DNA of 64,000 bases. It comes from Tubulanus polymorphus (taxonomy: Eukaryota; Animalia; Nemertea). Below, in pieces: positions 52,301 through 61,843 of this stretch. The DNA lies in the NCBI RefSeq assembly GCF_964204645.1, contig NC_134031.1, positions 6,882,001 to 6,946,000 on the forward strand. The letters run 5' to 3'. The notes under the pieces are model-generated. The model saw only the letters and a list, made by a program, of their open reading frames with translations, was not told the origin of the DNA and did no database searches. The position numbers and the translations under genes are program-made. The stretch's first letter is position 1. Every line of letters starts with the position of its first letter.

Positions 52301-54876
52301 ATCGTTCCTGATATTTCACTGACAGGTGCTGCCACTTTTGAATAGAGATAAAAACTTATTACTGATGACATCAATAAACTGCGATGCGGTATACTAACAA
52401 TGCCCATCACTGATGTATACACCGCACTGTGGTGTAGACGCAATGAAAGGGATGAGGGGTTGAATTGTGTACCCGGTTCAAATGATTGAGAAATGAGATT
52501 TCAAAACTGGCCACCCTCTTCAAACATGGTAACTATTGCTGTTTTAACGGTTTGATATGAGAGAGGATGATCTTTCGTCCCGAGGAACTGGGTCGATAAA
52601 TCGTGTTGGTGTGATCTGTGTGTTGTGTGTTTTTGTGTGATTATTTATATAATTTTCGGTTATTTATATAGGAACTGTTGTTGGAACATAAAAATTTGGA
52701 TTACTGGGTATTGATATATTTATATATATATTTATATACATATATAGACATATTTATATGATGTATTTCACTAGTTGTTCACGAAGTGACAACACGATCA
52801 ATAATCAAATGACATCTTGCCCCCTCATCCCCCTGCCGCTCACTGACCACTGCTATTATTATTGACACTTCCATAAAACATGGCTGCCTCCTATATCCCC
52901 GTATGACATCATAAAATTGCCTACTAGTAAAGAGGACTGTCCATTTGAGTGTGGCAATCGATGATCACGCTTAATGTGGCATGTCAGGATCCAACAAGGT
53001 CCGCTTGCAGCATGCGGGGATCAAACAAAGTGAAAATTGTGCTACCGATATATGAAGATCATTCTTGAGTGTATCAAGAGATGATGTGATTACCGGTAGC
53101 TAAATTTTTACACGGGAGCCTAAAAATCTAGATTCTTAAAAAAGTGATGGAATTTTGTAACAACAAAATTCACTTGCGTGAATTTGGACGGCGATCACAA
53201 ATTCAATTCAAATTGATGAATGAAAATAGCGCTACCGATGTATGAACCATAAAGATCAATCTTGAGTGTATCAAAAGATATGATTTGCTAACATTTTTTC
53301 ACGGGAGGCTGAAAATCTAGATGAAACTTCGTTGAAAATGAAATTAATGTTAAGCTGTCCTATTGATCATGGTGGCCACTTATGTACCTGGAAATCACGG
53401 AAAAGTTTTTTTATAAAAAGTCAGGGAATGTTTTTAATAAAAAGTAAGGGAATTCCGTAAAAAGACCCTAAAAATCAGGGCAGTTCGTTGAGATTGCCAG
53501 ATTGCATGTTAAATCTAAGTTTCCATCTATGTGTAATTGACTGTGTTAATTGATTGGATTCTAAGCAGATCAAGTCAGGGAAAACAAAGTACATGACAGA
53601 AAATAGTAAGAAAACAAGCAAGTCAAAGTCAAATAAAAGTGGCCACCCTGATTTGATCCGCACGGTATCTGGCGTGGGATAGCTGGAGCAGAATGGGGGT
53701 CTTCATTAGGTTTATCCGGACTGCAGCTGAATAATGATATGACTAAGTAACGATCTAATTTACGTGTGGCAACCATCTCTTATGGAAGTGTCTATTGAAT
53801 TGGAATGAATCGTCCTTCATCGTCACTCACGTCTGTTCCTCCACCCATTCTCGGATAAAATCCAGCGCAATTCTCGTGTTTTCATAGAAAATTCCGGCGT
53901 ATGCCAATATTTTAGCTTGCCCTTACAATAATTATGGTGTTTTGATTTACAACAGCGGTCTCACACATTCATCACAATATCCCACTTTTCGGCTTGAAAT
54001 CATGCTTCGAAAACAATAAAAATCGAATGGACAAAATGTACAGTCCCGATTCCTTCATAAGATGAGAATATTTTGTAATTCACTCGCATGCGTAAAAACG
54101 TAATTTCTGTTGTCTTCTTTAGTTCATCATTCCATTCAGAATTTCAGTGTGTTTTTGCTAAATTCGTTCACTCGTACAGTGGTCAATGTGTAGGCTTTGG
54201 TAACTTGTAATAGTCGTGTGAATTTTGTTCTCGAGACAAATTCAGCCTATTATATGGAACGTAAAACGCATTTAGAATTGATCGTCCTAATGCAAAAAAA
54301 TCATGGAGATCTATCAAACTCTTACTTATTTTTAAGTTCTGGTAGGCTCAGTCAGTCAAGATATAAGCAGTTAAATCAATATTAGTGTCTTGTCTTTTTA
54401 TCTACAATACTTCGTAAATAAGGCGGCACCAGGGGGAGTCTGCCGTAGCTAATGGCACCCACAACATTTTGAAATTTACGTTCCGCTTATTTCATGAAGT
54501 CACAATTTTTACATGCACTTTCATCGGGATTTGAACCTAAAAGAACTGCTAAGTTGCTGGGCAAATAGATCCAAGGCCCCTGATTTCAAAGTTTTCTCGA
54601 GGGGATGATGCCCAAACTACGAATGAATTAACGAGTAAAATGTCTAACTCACTATTGCAGGTAACCGACGACGAATGCGTGTACGCATTGAACGAAACGA
54701 AATGGAACGTGCACAACGCGATCAAATTCATCAAGCTGCACCAACTGTATAAACTAGGAATCGCCGACATACTGCGCTGTAAACAAGCTCTGATGGAGTG
54801 TTCATGGAACGTGCCCGACGCCGCCGAGCTACTCATCGAAAACCCCCTCAACAGTCCCGAGTGCGTCGACGTCTAA
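5784..54876 (+). CDS. Ack-like: Ack-like (PR2/ARK-1 type, ACK/TNK2 family) non-receptor tyrosine kinase, spliced, ~1243 aa. Exons: 5784-5800, 14368-14488, 23339-23476, 23963-24151, 25628-25969, 31203-31300, 31476-31602, 35395-35544, 37112-37358, 44053-44220, 45401-45542, 46950-47118, 47201-47324, 47985-48088, 48705-50032, 50471-50522, 54661-54876
   Basis: All junctions are GT-AG and phase-compatible, giving one open frame. Domain order is SAM, tyrosine kinase ([21 protein letters not shown], activation loop [23 protein letters not shown] typical of the PR2/Ack-like subfamily), SH3, CRIB, Pro-rich region, C-terminal UBA-like domain. Confidence 0.95.
7607..7651. repeat. (AT)n microsatellite; another at ~43287-43314
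   Basis: Direct reading. Confidence 0.95.
8266..8625. mobile_element. Fold-back Penelope-like-element remnant (inverted pseudo-LTRs) with a hammerhead ribozyme motif in each arm
   Basis: Inverted arms of about 140 bp; each contains TATTC-CTGAAGA-stem-GAAACGT(T/A)-GAATA. Confidence 0.75.
8328..8371 (-). ncRNA. Minimal type I hammerhead ribozyme, intact core
   Basis: UAUUC CUGAAGA U GACUAU-UAGGAU-AUAGUC GAAA C GUU GAAUA: stem I 5 bp, stem II 6 bp, palindromic AACGUU helix III, GUU cleavage triplet. Confidence 0.7.
11149..11945 (-). mobile_element. 3' end of an L2/CR1-group LINE, interrupted by a MITE
   Basis: After removing the insertion it reads [31 protein letters not shown]|ACLKTYLF*, followed by a GTAAAGCGCTT...AAGCGCTATATAAG 3' stem-loop and a (TTA)n tail. 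Confidence 0.85.
11327..11791. mobile_element. PIF/Harbinger-type MITE, TSD TAA
   Basis: TIRs AGCCTAGCGCACATCGAC / GTTGATGTGCGCTAGGCT with TAA on both sides; excision restores the LINE frame. Confidence 0.9.
12708..13098. repeat. Three tandem units of 123-137 bp
   Basis: TCACCGTTTCCAATAAGTGTGGCTC...GTGACAAGTCCTTCAAGATT repeated three times. Confidence 0.92.
14368..14488 (+). CDS. Ack-like: Ack-like exon 2, first half of SAM ([35 protein letters not shown]; internal ATG at 14384)
   Basis: tttctag acceptor and AAG|GTAGGA donor. LYEFLxEAELxxY is the typical start of the ACK-family SAM. Missed by the ORF track. Confidence 0.9.
14523..14762. mobile_element. MITE family with TIR CAGGGTGGCCAC and AGTCAGGGAA subrepeats; copies at ~11946-12215, 33510-33755, 35587-36012, 53368-53650
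   Basis: Recurrent GTGGCCACCCTG terminus and a shared TTAATTGATTGGATTCT core. Confidence 0.8.
16244..16486. mobile_element. Two related CWG-target MITEs back to back; relatives near 33408-33506, 36179-36648, 42823-42944, 58890-59028, 59540-59641
   Basis: GGCCAGTTGCACAGT...GGAACAGGCC followed by a GTTAGAG...ACTGTGGAACTAGATCC unit; the sequence recurs across the window. Confidence 0.65.
17410..17846. repeat. Minisatellite, ~31-bp unit (ACTTTACTGGATTCATTGATCCTGGTAGCAG)
   Basis: About 13-14 degenerate tandem units. Confidence 0.92.
18329..18472 (+). CDS. Candidate alternative first coding exon of Ack-like (48 aa, [48 protein letters not shown])
   Basis: TATAAA at 18279, TCATT Inr-like element at 18309-18313, ATG at 18329, open frame to a phase-0 donor ACG|GTATGT compatible with exons 3, 4 and 5. 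Confidence 0.55.
20498..20843. mobile_element. MITE CAGGGATGAAAATCTTCCGAC...; second copy at 27092-27425
   Basis: Two highly similar copies of about 340 bp with CAGGGA/TCCCTG termini. Confidence 0.75.
22047..22265. mobile_element. Third piggyBac-type MITE (degenerate)
   Basis: TTAA|CCCATTCACTGCC ... GGCAGGTATAGGG|TTAA. Confidence 0.55.
22901..23170. mobile_element. ~280-bp MITE family with TIR AGCCGCGATCACAC (Harbinger-like); copies at ~15200-15425, 18747-19050, 21000-21275, 38289-38479, 44293-44460, 60410-60634
   Basis: Shared GGCCAAATTTGG subterminal motifs and GTGTGATCGCGGCT ends. Confidence 0.8.
23339..23476 (+). CDS. Ack-like: Ack-like exon 3, second half of SAM
   Basis: [34 protein letters not shown]; polyT-cag acceptor, AAG|GTAGGT donor, phase 0/0. 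Confidence 0.93.
23963..24151 (+). CDS. Ack-like: Ack-like exon 4, linker and kinase glycine-rich loop
   Basis: KHIIP...[15 protein letters not shown]; donor AGA|GTAAGT. Confidence 0.93.
24468..24957. mobile_element. PIF/Harbinger-type MITE, TSD TTA
   Basis: TIRs AGCCTGGTGCACAC / GTGTGCGCCGGGCT with TTA flanks; accounts for the overlapping GC-rich ORFs here. Confidence 0.85.
25137..25520 (+). repeat. Interspersed repeat shared with ~45985-46345
   Basis: AAGGTGCTTGAAA..CCTTTAATTTGAGCAAAAT and AATTGGGATATGAAAGTGATGCAGA occur in both. Confidence 0.65.
25628..25969 (+). CDS. Ack-like: Ack-like exon 5, kinase VAIK to catalytic loop
   Basis: IQVAIK...FLKEA...[13 protein letters not shown]; phase 0/0. 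Confidence 0.97.
26040..26381. repeat. Minisatellite, 19-bp unit (CCAGTGTACCTGATGATGT)
   Basis: Direct tandem array. Confidence 0.92.
27675..27998. mobile_element. DNA-transposon MITE, TIR CATGGTTCCCACAG, apparent 6-bp TSD; second copy at 45601-45928
   Basis: Flanks GGATCA/GGATCA here and AACTGG/AACTGT in the second copy; bodies are near-identical. Confidence 0.85.
28505..28756. mobile_element. Third Penelope-type fold-back (different family) with broken hammerhead halves
   Basis: Inverted arms of about 90 bp; CCACAACGTTTCGGCTG in the left arm, CCAC-CTGATG..AACGTT-GTGG at 28673-28694. Confidence 0.55.
29266..29553. mobile_element. piggyBac-type MITE (288 bp), TSD TTAA; copies at 23626-23909, 30354-30641 (inverted), 36231-36492, 42312-42577, ~52200-52451
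   Basis: TTAA|CCCTTTCAGTGC ... GCACTGAAAGGG|TTAA; six recognisable copies. Confidence 0.9.
29894..30129. mobile_element. MITE with TIR CAG(G/T)GGCGGATCC and 5-bp TSD TCTAC; relatives at 48385-48603, 56837-57057, 63470-63681, ~22300-22390
   Basis: Flanks TCTAC/TCTAC here and AACTT/AACCT at 56837. Confidence 0.75.
31203..31300 (+). CDS. Ack-like: Ack-like exon 6, DFG and activation loop
   Basis: [32 protein letters not shown](W); donor TG|GTAAGT. Confidence 0.97.
31476..31602 (+). CDS. Ack-like: Ack-like exon 7, APE and DVWAFG
   Basis: (W)[42 protein letters not shown]; AAG acceptor, CAG|GTGAGT donor. Confidence 0.96.
35395..35544 (+). CDS. Ack-like: Ack-like exon 8, end of kinase C-lobe
   Basis: [41 protein letters not shown]. 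Confidence 0.96.
37112..37358 (+). CDS. Ack-like: Ack-like exon 9, SH3 domain
   Basis: VKAVKD...[14 protein letters not shown]...[13 protein letters not shown]; lies directly after the kinase domain as in ACK proteins. Confidence 0.92.
41509..41712. mobile_element. Degenerate second copy of the Penelope-type fold-back
   Basis: Same TGTAGAGAATCC terminus; TATTC..CTGAAAATGACT...GAAACGTTGAATA at 41616-41661. Confidence 0.6.
43014..43221. mobile_element. MITE with TIR AGGCT..AAAA..GATACCTTGTTTCTC; copies at 1705-1914 and 39968-40343 (the latter has a nested Harbinger MITE)
   Basis: Inverted termini and a shared body in three places; superfamily not assigned. Confidence 0.7.
44053..44220 (+). 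CDS. Ack-like: Ack-like exon 10, CRIB (Cdc42-binding) motif
   Basis: [24 protein letters not shown] matches ISxPxxxxHxxHVG; phase 1/1. Confidence 0.95.
44652..45125. mobile_element. Second piggyBac-type non-autonomous element
   Basis: TTAA|CCCATTAGCACTCA ... TGAGTGCTAATGGG|TTAA. Confidence 0.88.
45401..45542 (+). CDS. Ack-like: Ack-like exon 11, Ser-rich linker
   Basis: ttttag acceptor, AA|GTAAGT donor, open in phase 1 to phase 2, required to bridge exons 10 and 12. Confidence 0.85.
46950..47118 (+). CDS. Ack-like: Ack-like exon 12
   Basis: [13 protein letters not shown]...[21 protein letters not shown]; phase 2 to 0. Confidence 0.87.
47201..47324 (+). CDS. Ack-like: Ack-like exon 13 ([14 protein letters not shown] motif)
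   Basis: Pyrimidine tract-tag acceptor, T|GTAAGT donor, phase 0 to 1. Confidence 0.87.
47341..47785. repeat. Minisatellite, 21-bp unit (CCCAGTCTATCAGTAACTCCT)
   Basis: About 21 units in intron 13, with a higher-order duplication. Confidence 0.92.
47985..48088 (+). CDS. Ack-like: Ack-like exon 14
   Basis: (Y)[17 protein letters not shown]...KLKQKL; donor CTT|GTAAGT, phase 1 to 0. Confidence 0.85.
48705..50032 (+). CDS. Ack-like: Ack-like exon 15, large Ser/Pro/Arg-rich region
   Basis: 1328-nt open, CpG-rich frame containing [14 protein letters not shown] and [11 protein letters not shown]; donor AA|GTAAGT. Confidence 0.93.
50471..50522 (+). CDS. Ack-like: Ack-like exon 16 ([18 protein letters not shown])
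   Basis: Phase 2 to 0 bridge with GAG|GTATGT donor; the EVxxMQxVL motif precedes the UBA-like region. Confidence 0.88.
51705..51903. repeat. ~58-bp tandem repeat, 3.5 copies
   Basis: CAAATAGTTTAAGTT..ATGAAAATC..ACTCGCAACTGTGGAA..GAGC units. Confidence 0.8.
54661..54876 (+). CDS. Ack-like: Ack-like terminal exon, UBA-like domain, ends SPECVDV*
   Basis: [29 protein letters not shown]...[19 protein letters not shown] resembles the ACK C-terminal UBA; TAA at 54874-54876. Confidence 0.93.
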   Translation, partial: VTDDECVYALNETKWNVHNAIKFIKLHQLYKLGIADILRCKQALMECSWNVPDAAELLIENPLNSPECVDV

Positions 54877-57694
54877 AATGACACGCCCTGTTAGAGAGGG
54901 CGTCTCGCTCAAATTCCATCTTCCCGCGCGTGCGCGCCCGCTTTCCACCGGTCGCGAGCTACAAGCGTTATGATGTGTCGTTTGCGTGTGTGTGTGGATT
55001 AACCAGCAGCGTCTGGAATCTAGAAAGGGGTTACAAAGTCAACAGTTTCCCCCCGTGAGACTACGACGATGAATAAAATTCTTGTTTGAAAAAATATCTT
55101 CGTTTATATAAATCGATAGAAATGCATTTACCAGTGTATAAAAAAAAATCATTATTCGTCATAAATACGAGGCCTCTAGTCGCTTTAGTTGTATTTTTAT
55201 AAAACTTCTCTATCGCAGTCGATTATTGAAAAGACGTCTGCTGCATCGAGGTTCGTTAGATGGACAGTAGATGGCGCTTCGTGTTCTAAAAACAAGATTT
55301 CTAATGATGCCGCGTTGAGAATTTTGTCACAACATGTCTTCTAGATAACTTTCCAATTTTTCGCCGTTTCGAGAAGCGGAACTAGCTTTTTCGCTTCGAT
55401 AAAAAAGATTCAAAAGATTGTCGGCAGTCTTTTATGCGTATAATTACGTTATCTAGAAGAACTATGTTTTTATTTTTTGTATATTTTTCATCAAGCACTT
55501 GTTACGTTGAAATCATGGCATAATATTTAAATCGTTACCAGTATTTCGATTGAAATTAATTGTTTACACAACGAGAGATCCGAAAATTGATCGTGGAATT
55601 TTACGAATGGATTCGGTAATTTTACGAATGAATTTGGTAATTCCTAATCAAATATTCGTTTATATGTTGAGATCAGGAATATGTTCTAATCGCCTTTTTT
55701 CAATGATTTTTAATTCAAAATTTTCGATATGTTTTGTTTTGATTGAGATTTAAATTTGAGTTGTCTTGTTTGAAGGTCTGCCATTGAGATAGAATTGGGT
55801 TGGGTTTGCATATTTTTGGGGTTTATACAGCTATGCTATCAATTCGACCCAGTCATGGTAGTGGTTGTATCCGCAGTGCTCTACAATCCTACAGCATCCA
55901 TTGCTGAGATTCTTTATTATATGTTATTGTATGTTAGTGCTTTAAGTCTGTATGACCTTATTGAGAATTTGAATGTGGTCATAATCTAATGTCTGGCATT
56001 CGTGAAGTTCCCTTTCAGTTACAAATTCCTGAGGTGAGGTCCTATATGTACACGGGAAATTTCGATGATCAAAATATGGAATATCAAATTTTTGATTGAG
56101 TGTGGCTCCAGATCGTAGATTGCTCCTGCATCGAATGGGAGTGTCACTGAACCTGAAACCCTCTTAACCTAAGACCCGTTAGGTCGTATGTCTAGGGGGT
56201 CTTGGACCCGCCTGTCCGATTTTTAAGTTGTGCTTACTATTTCTCATAAACTGTCAGTCCAGATAACGCGTTAATGCTCATTTTACGTAGCTTTTAGTAT
56301 ACTCCTTTTTGTAAACCAGTCTTCCGTTGAGTCGTTTCGGTTACCATATTTAACGCCGTTGTAACAACTCGAGTTGTTATATAAGAAACGTGCGATCCGT
56401 TTTCGATCCGTTTTTTCGCGAATCTCATCTCGTCGTCTATTAAATCGTAAAACGAAAAGAATAAAATATTTTCGTTCGAAAGTCTCAATAGATAAATAAA
56501 CCGCTTGGATTGTAATTATTAATGAACTACTGTACATTGTATTCTATAGTGTGTTACGATATGAAATCGAGTGTCAATGTTTTAACCGTGTATGATCGAT
56601 GATAGTTGTTTCGTCGCGCGCTATACGACCATTAAACTGAAAACTTTTGCGAAAATTTTTTTGCGAAAATCGTGTAAATACGAACGACGATTTGTGTATA
56701 GTTTATAAAGTCATTACCGGTAAAATGTTGCCGATGAGAATGTCTCAGAAAAGCACTCTCTTTGTACGGCGATTGAACGTATTCAAATGGCGTTAATGTC
56801 TGTTTTTAGAAACTAGTTTTCTTACTCCCCGAACTTCAGGGGCGGATCCGAGGGTAGGGTGCAGGGGTGCACGCTATTGCCTCCCTCAAAACGTCAAGTT
56901 ACCCTGAAATTTTACGGGAAAAATGAAAAATATTAAACTGATATCTAAAAAGTTTAGATTCATAATCTTGTGCTCTGTATTTTTATGAGTTAATGTTTTC
57001 TGATGAACTTTCTTTCAGAGTGCCAATTTAATAAGTATTACCCTAGATCTGCCCCTGAACCTGCTACGGTAAAGGATATCCACGCAATGGTTTTATAGAC
57101 CGGCTATCAAAGGCTAGTAAGAGTGAATGTACAGTAGACTTCGTTCATCCCTATGTAGTTTGCCTCATGTTATTGCGTGCCTTGGACAAAATATTACAAA
57201 TTTTAAGATTTGTATTATTTTGTAGTCGGAGCAGTACTCCAATTCATCGAAATAACGACTGCTCCGACTGCCTTGGAATTCACATCGGAGAGAATTTATT
57301 GCTCCCAGAATATCCAAGGCAAATGGAGTGTACAGTAAACTCTGCTTACCTCTGAAACAATTACTTTGGATTTATCGCTTGCCTGGGAGAAATATTTCGT
57401 GCCAACAAGACTTCCAAGATTGATAGCCACTCCGGCTAACCCGCTATTCGTTTACACTTCGGAAAAAACTGTATGGTCCCACGAGATCTGGGCCCAGTTT
57501 CACGAAAAAGTTTAAGCCTAAAACGGTTAAGTTTGAATTGTTGTCCTCATTGAAAACACGAAGTAACCAAATTACAATTACACCAATAATTTGAGTTAAA
57601 CTTTTTTGCGAAACTGGGCCCTGGGGTAAGCGGAGTCTGCTGTATTGAAGTACCGAATTCGACAGTCTATTACATAAATCAGTTACATTTGTAT

Positions 57695-57760
57695 CTGTAG
57701 TTGTAAATGAGTATGATGATAGAAATAACTTTCTATCATCATACTCATTTACAACTACAG
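57695..57760. repeat. Perfect 31-bp inverted repeat with a 4-nt loop
   Basis: CTGTAGTTGTAAATGAGTATGATGATAGAAA-TAAC-TTTCTATCATCATACTCATTTACAACTACAG. Confidence 0.97.
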
Positions 57761-57783
57761 TTGGCCCTGTGTAATCCGAATAT

Positions 57784-58025
57784 CATGGCGAACTTCGGTT
57801 ATTGGAGTTGGTTTGACTAGAGTCGAACTAAACGAAACCGAATGTCAGTCGTAACTAGCCCAGAAATGGTCGACCAATTGAGCGCAGTCGCTGTCGTTCG
57901 GACCAAATTCCAAGATGGACGACTCCGTGAAATACATTTCGACCGAACTAAGCGCGTTTGGTCATTAGTTCCGACCAGTTCCTAGTTCCTAGTTGACTAG
58001 CTACGAAAACCGAAGTTCGCCCATG
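57784..58025. mobile_element. MITE in the probable Ack-like 3' UTR
   Basis: TIRs CATGGCGAACTTCGGTT / AACCGAAGTTCGCCCATG. Confidence 0.7.
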
Positions 58026-59439
58026 GTGCATTGATGCGTGAATTTATGTAAAAGAATGATGTTTAACTCCATCGCATCTCTTCGATTTCACCGGTCCAAA
58101 AAGATCCGCAGCGAGCGGCATCTGATGAATTCGCCAAAAAGATTAATAAACAAACTAACGCGTATGAATAATAAAGTTAAACCGTGGAAAATACGCGCGC
58201 GGTAAGAACTAGGGTGTTATATGTAAATTCATACATAGAATGATTCACGATGATAATACGTGGTAAAATTTTCAGTATTTTATAAGTTATGTTATTAACC
58301 AAAGAGCGAGTCTGCATGTTAGTGTATATTAATCAATACTAGGTACGGTATATACGTAAATATATATCTATATAGCCTATTATAACATACTAAAATGGTG
58401 ATTCGTATGTCTGTTGCGCTATGAGTATGTGGTGTGTATCATCCATGTTTTTTCGATCGCGTTGGTGATATTATGATATATTGTGCCGTTGCTATATCCA
58501 GAGAGAGATCTGTTACTTATCATCATGTAATAAACACAATGTTAGGCGTTTTGTCATTTCATTTTCATCGATTATAAATTCAATAAAACATAAAAGTTAA
58601 AATCACGAATTTATACGTTTCGGACGTTTGAGATTATTTTCGTTTGGATGAAAGGTATCTATCACTCTGCATCCTGGATGGACCCTTCACCTCGTAGACA
58701 TTGACACTGTGATCACTGGTGTTCGAATATTTGTTCGGGATTCCAAAATATGGCTCACAAGATCACACCGAGGAATTAAACAAGTGTGGTAGATTGTCGG
58801 CTGATATAACTCTGGGACTGGTTTTATAGACAAGTATTAACTTAAACCCGTGGATGAACTCAATCGAAAATGAATTGAGTTAACCCCAGGGGCCAGTTGC
58901 ATATTCATGGCTTAGATTTAAGACTGGTCTAAGACCAACTTAGTTCTATACCCAATCTAACAACTAAAGACCAGTCTTAAGATTTGAAACCACCTTTAGA
59001 TTTTAGTCACGACTGTGTAAGTGGGCCCTGCTTGGTTATTATTATGATAATCTATAAAACAGCCCTTGATGTGTTTTGATAAGTTAGTTACTCTTCATTT
59101 ATGGCCCCACTGCTAAGGGTACTACTCTTAAGGGACAGTAGTTGCAATTCATAAATATAGGCGTCACCCCGTCAGTCAAATTCAGAAAACGGCTTTCTGT
59201 CACAGCAGAGCCCGTAAAACAAAGGAGACGCCAGTTGCTAAATTTGCCTACTCCCATTCATGTGATGATGTCCATAGTGGTTCCGTCTGCCCTGGGATTT
59301 GACAGATAGCCTCTTGAGAATATGGTCCGGCAAGACCCGGGGCAAGCAGAGTAAACTGGAGCTAAACTTACGAACGTAAAAATGGTTCCTTGTAATGAAT
59401 GAGAATAAGAAAGTCACAAACAAGTACCATTCAAATTAT

Positions 59440-61765
59440 GAACAATCCAGCATTTATTTCAATATTTACAATAGTATTACATACGAATACAGAAATTAGT
59501 ATAATCACAAGAAAGATACATAACTCTTATTAATGACCTGGATCCAGACAGTTTCTTAGTTGTGAGTGAGCTAAAACCAGTTCATTTTCTACGAGTTGAA
59601 TTTAAGTCAAATCTAACTCACAACTGTGGAACTGTGGATCTAAGTAATACATCCTCCCTCGGCAGGGATTCAAACCTGATAGCATCACTAGACTCAGCCA
59701 CGGCACGAAATCCTGCCACACTAGACCTAGGCACAGGTTTGCTAGAAAACTTGCAGTACCAATCAGATTGCCTGTTGCATAATCGTGGAGGCAAATTCCA
59801 TGGATAAACTATAAATGCAAAAACGCAGGCTAAAATAAAAGGCGATTTCTGATTCGCTAATAATGACATCATCTCAGCACCGAATGTAGTTGTGTACTTG
59901 GGCTTGTGTGGCACGGTGCTGTGGAGAGTCTCGATGCCATCAGGTTCGTATCCTTGCCGGAGAAGGATGGGTAAATTAGAGGGAGGCAAGCCAAGAGTAC
60001 AATACAGTAGACCTGGTCTAAGTTTTTTTTTTTTTACCCTCAACCCATTACCGTGCCACGCATCATTTTGTCACTGAAAATTCCAGATGCCACGCATCAT
60101 TTTGTCACTGAAAATTCCAGATGGTATATTCTTTTTCTAACATTTGGGTTGAGATAAAATCTCTACAATCTCTATCCGAAGTATCTGCTCATCTACCGTA
60201 TCATACTACATACTGTATTACAATATATCGACAGACTACAGATATATATATATATCGTTAAGGACACAGGAAAAACCTTTGGATGAACTTATCTAAAAAA
60301 TGATAAATAAATATCAAAAATAATCGAAAGTTTTATATCATTATGGCAGAGGTACAGAATTCGGACATTTCAACATTGATATTCAGAGAAAATAATGAAA
60401 TTCATGCCGAAATAACATGAGCATTTTTGGCCCGTGCCAAATGGGCCAATGCCCCGAGCCAATTTTAGTACGGTTCAAATTATTGCATGTGAATTGCAAC
60501 TGGTTCCATTAATGACTCAGTTCACAGAGTGAATTGTGCGTGAACGCGTTCTCTAATCAGGCGCGGGCCAAATTTGACTCAAGCCTGATCTGTGCCGATT
60601 TGACCCGGGCCAAATCGCCTGTGTGTGATTGCGGCGTTCACTTATCTGTAATGAATGTGACGGAAATGTCGCGAAATATGGTACGAATTACAGGTAATGA
60701 AAGTCATGCAACGAATTGAAAACCAAAAGAGGTAGACATTAATTCAAATACATCTACATGTATTTACATAATTATTTTTAGTTGAATTTACGTAGGGATT
60801 AAAGAACATCGAGTTGAACTATGGCGAATATTTCGATAAATAAAAATGTCGCGGAAAGCAGCGAGCGAGTGTCTCCTTTCATAAAGGAGAAAGAAAAGTC
60901 GAAAGATTAGAACGAGCAAAGCTGCGGTTAGCGAATTAACCTATTATTCTAGGGTCAAACCGATCTTAGGTAATGTACGACAATTATACTTATACAGCAA
61001 GTACATATGTACATAGGGATCATTCATAAATATGCATGAAAAACGAAATTAGAATCTTTCAACCCCACAACATTACAGTACACAATTGAACCTCCCCCTC
61101 CCCCAAATCCAAACATGATAAATGAATGACCTGTATAATAAACAGCTATACTGGTAAACACATTTCTGAGAGGTTTTGATTAAAGTCGCCCTTGTTCTTA
61201 TATAATAAATCAGATAAGCATTAACAGTTTGTTGGCACAAGAGATATTTCCTAGAAAATATCAAGGATAAAGATTGTGTACGCGCACGCACACACGTCTA
61301 GTGAGGTTTTAGAATTTCCTGGAAACAAACGTCATTATTGACCACTTGTTTGTACAGAATGACTACGAGTGAAAACAACTTCGTTAAAAGTACATCCGAT
61401 GCATTGTCATACCGTCTGCCTTTTCGTCGAAATATGAAAACAGTGTTCACATATTGTCGAGAAAATCTTCAAATTAATCAGTAATCGAGGGTAAGACCTT
61501 TAAAATTTCTGCACACATCAAACAAATCAAATTAGCATTTCTCAGACCATAAGAATCACAATACGGGAAATCAGAAATGGTTTTAGCCACTTCCATTCAA
61601 TACGACAGTGAAGTCAGATCATCACGAATCTTTGACCCTGTTAAGAGTTAAGATTTTTTCATTTTTCAAATTCTTTAGTCAAACCTCAACTCAAAACTGT
61701 GGAACAGGATCCTAGAATACTTGATAATCATTTTGAAGGGATGATTTTGTAATATTGTCTCTTCT
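59440..61765 (-). other. Probable FUNDC 3' UTR; AATAAA on the minus strand at 59458-59453
   Basis: Non-coding sequence after the stop codon; the polyA signal position is inferred. Confidence 0.4.
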
Positions 61766-61843
61766 CTACGACGCCAAACCGATCAAAAAACCACCGCCGA
61801 ATCCACTGGCTAAAAATGCGTTATCTTTTACGAACTGTTTCGT
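61766..61843 (-). CDS. FUNDC1: FUNDC1/2 terminal exon (TKQFVKDNAFLASGFGGGFLIGLAS*)
   Basis: ttttcag acceptor in phase 0; matches the conserved FUNDC C-terminus FvkxN...sGFvGGFLlGLAS. Confidence 0.93.
   Translation of the reverse strand, partial: TKQFVKDNAFLASGFGGGFLIGLAS

Larger units (their letters stand above)
54877..58610 (+). other. Probable long 3' UTR of Ack-like; polyA signals near 55072, 58529 and 58582
   Basis: No ORF. An AATAAA pair followed by U/GU-rich sequence lies just before the convergent gene's end. The true 3' end is inferred. Confidence 0.45.

Noticed and set aside
54862-54873. CaaX prenylation signal (CVDV)
   Set aside because: An acidic residue at the a2 position is strongly disfavoured by farnesyl- and geranylgeranyl-transferases.
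59618-60043. 141-aa minus-strand ORF
   Set aside because: Runs through a MITE end, a SINE-like head (59654-59705) and a poly-T tract inside the probable FUNDC 3' UTR; no domain signature.
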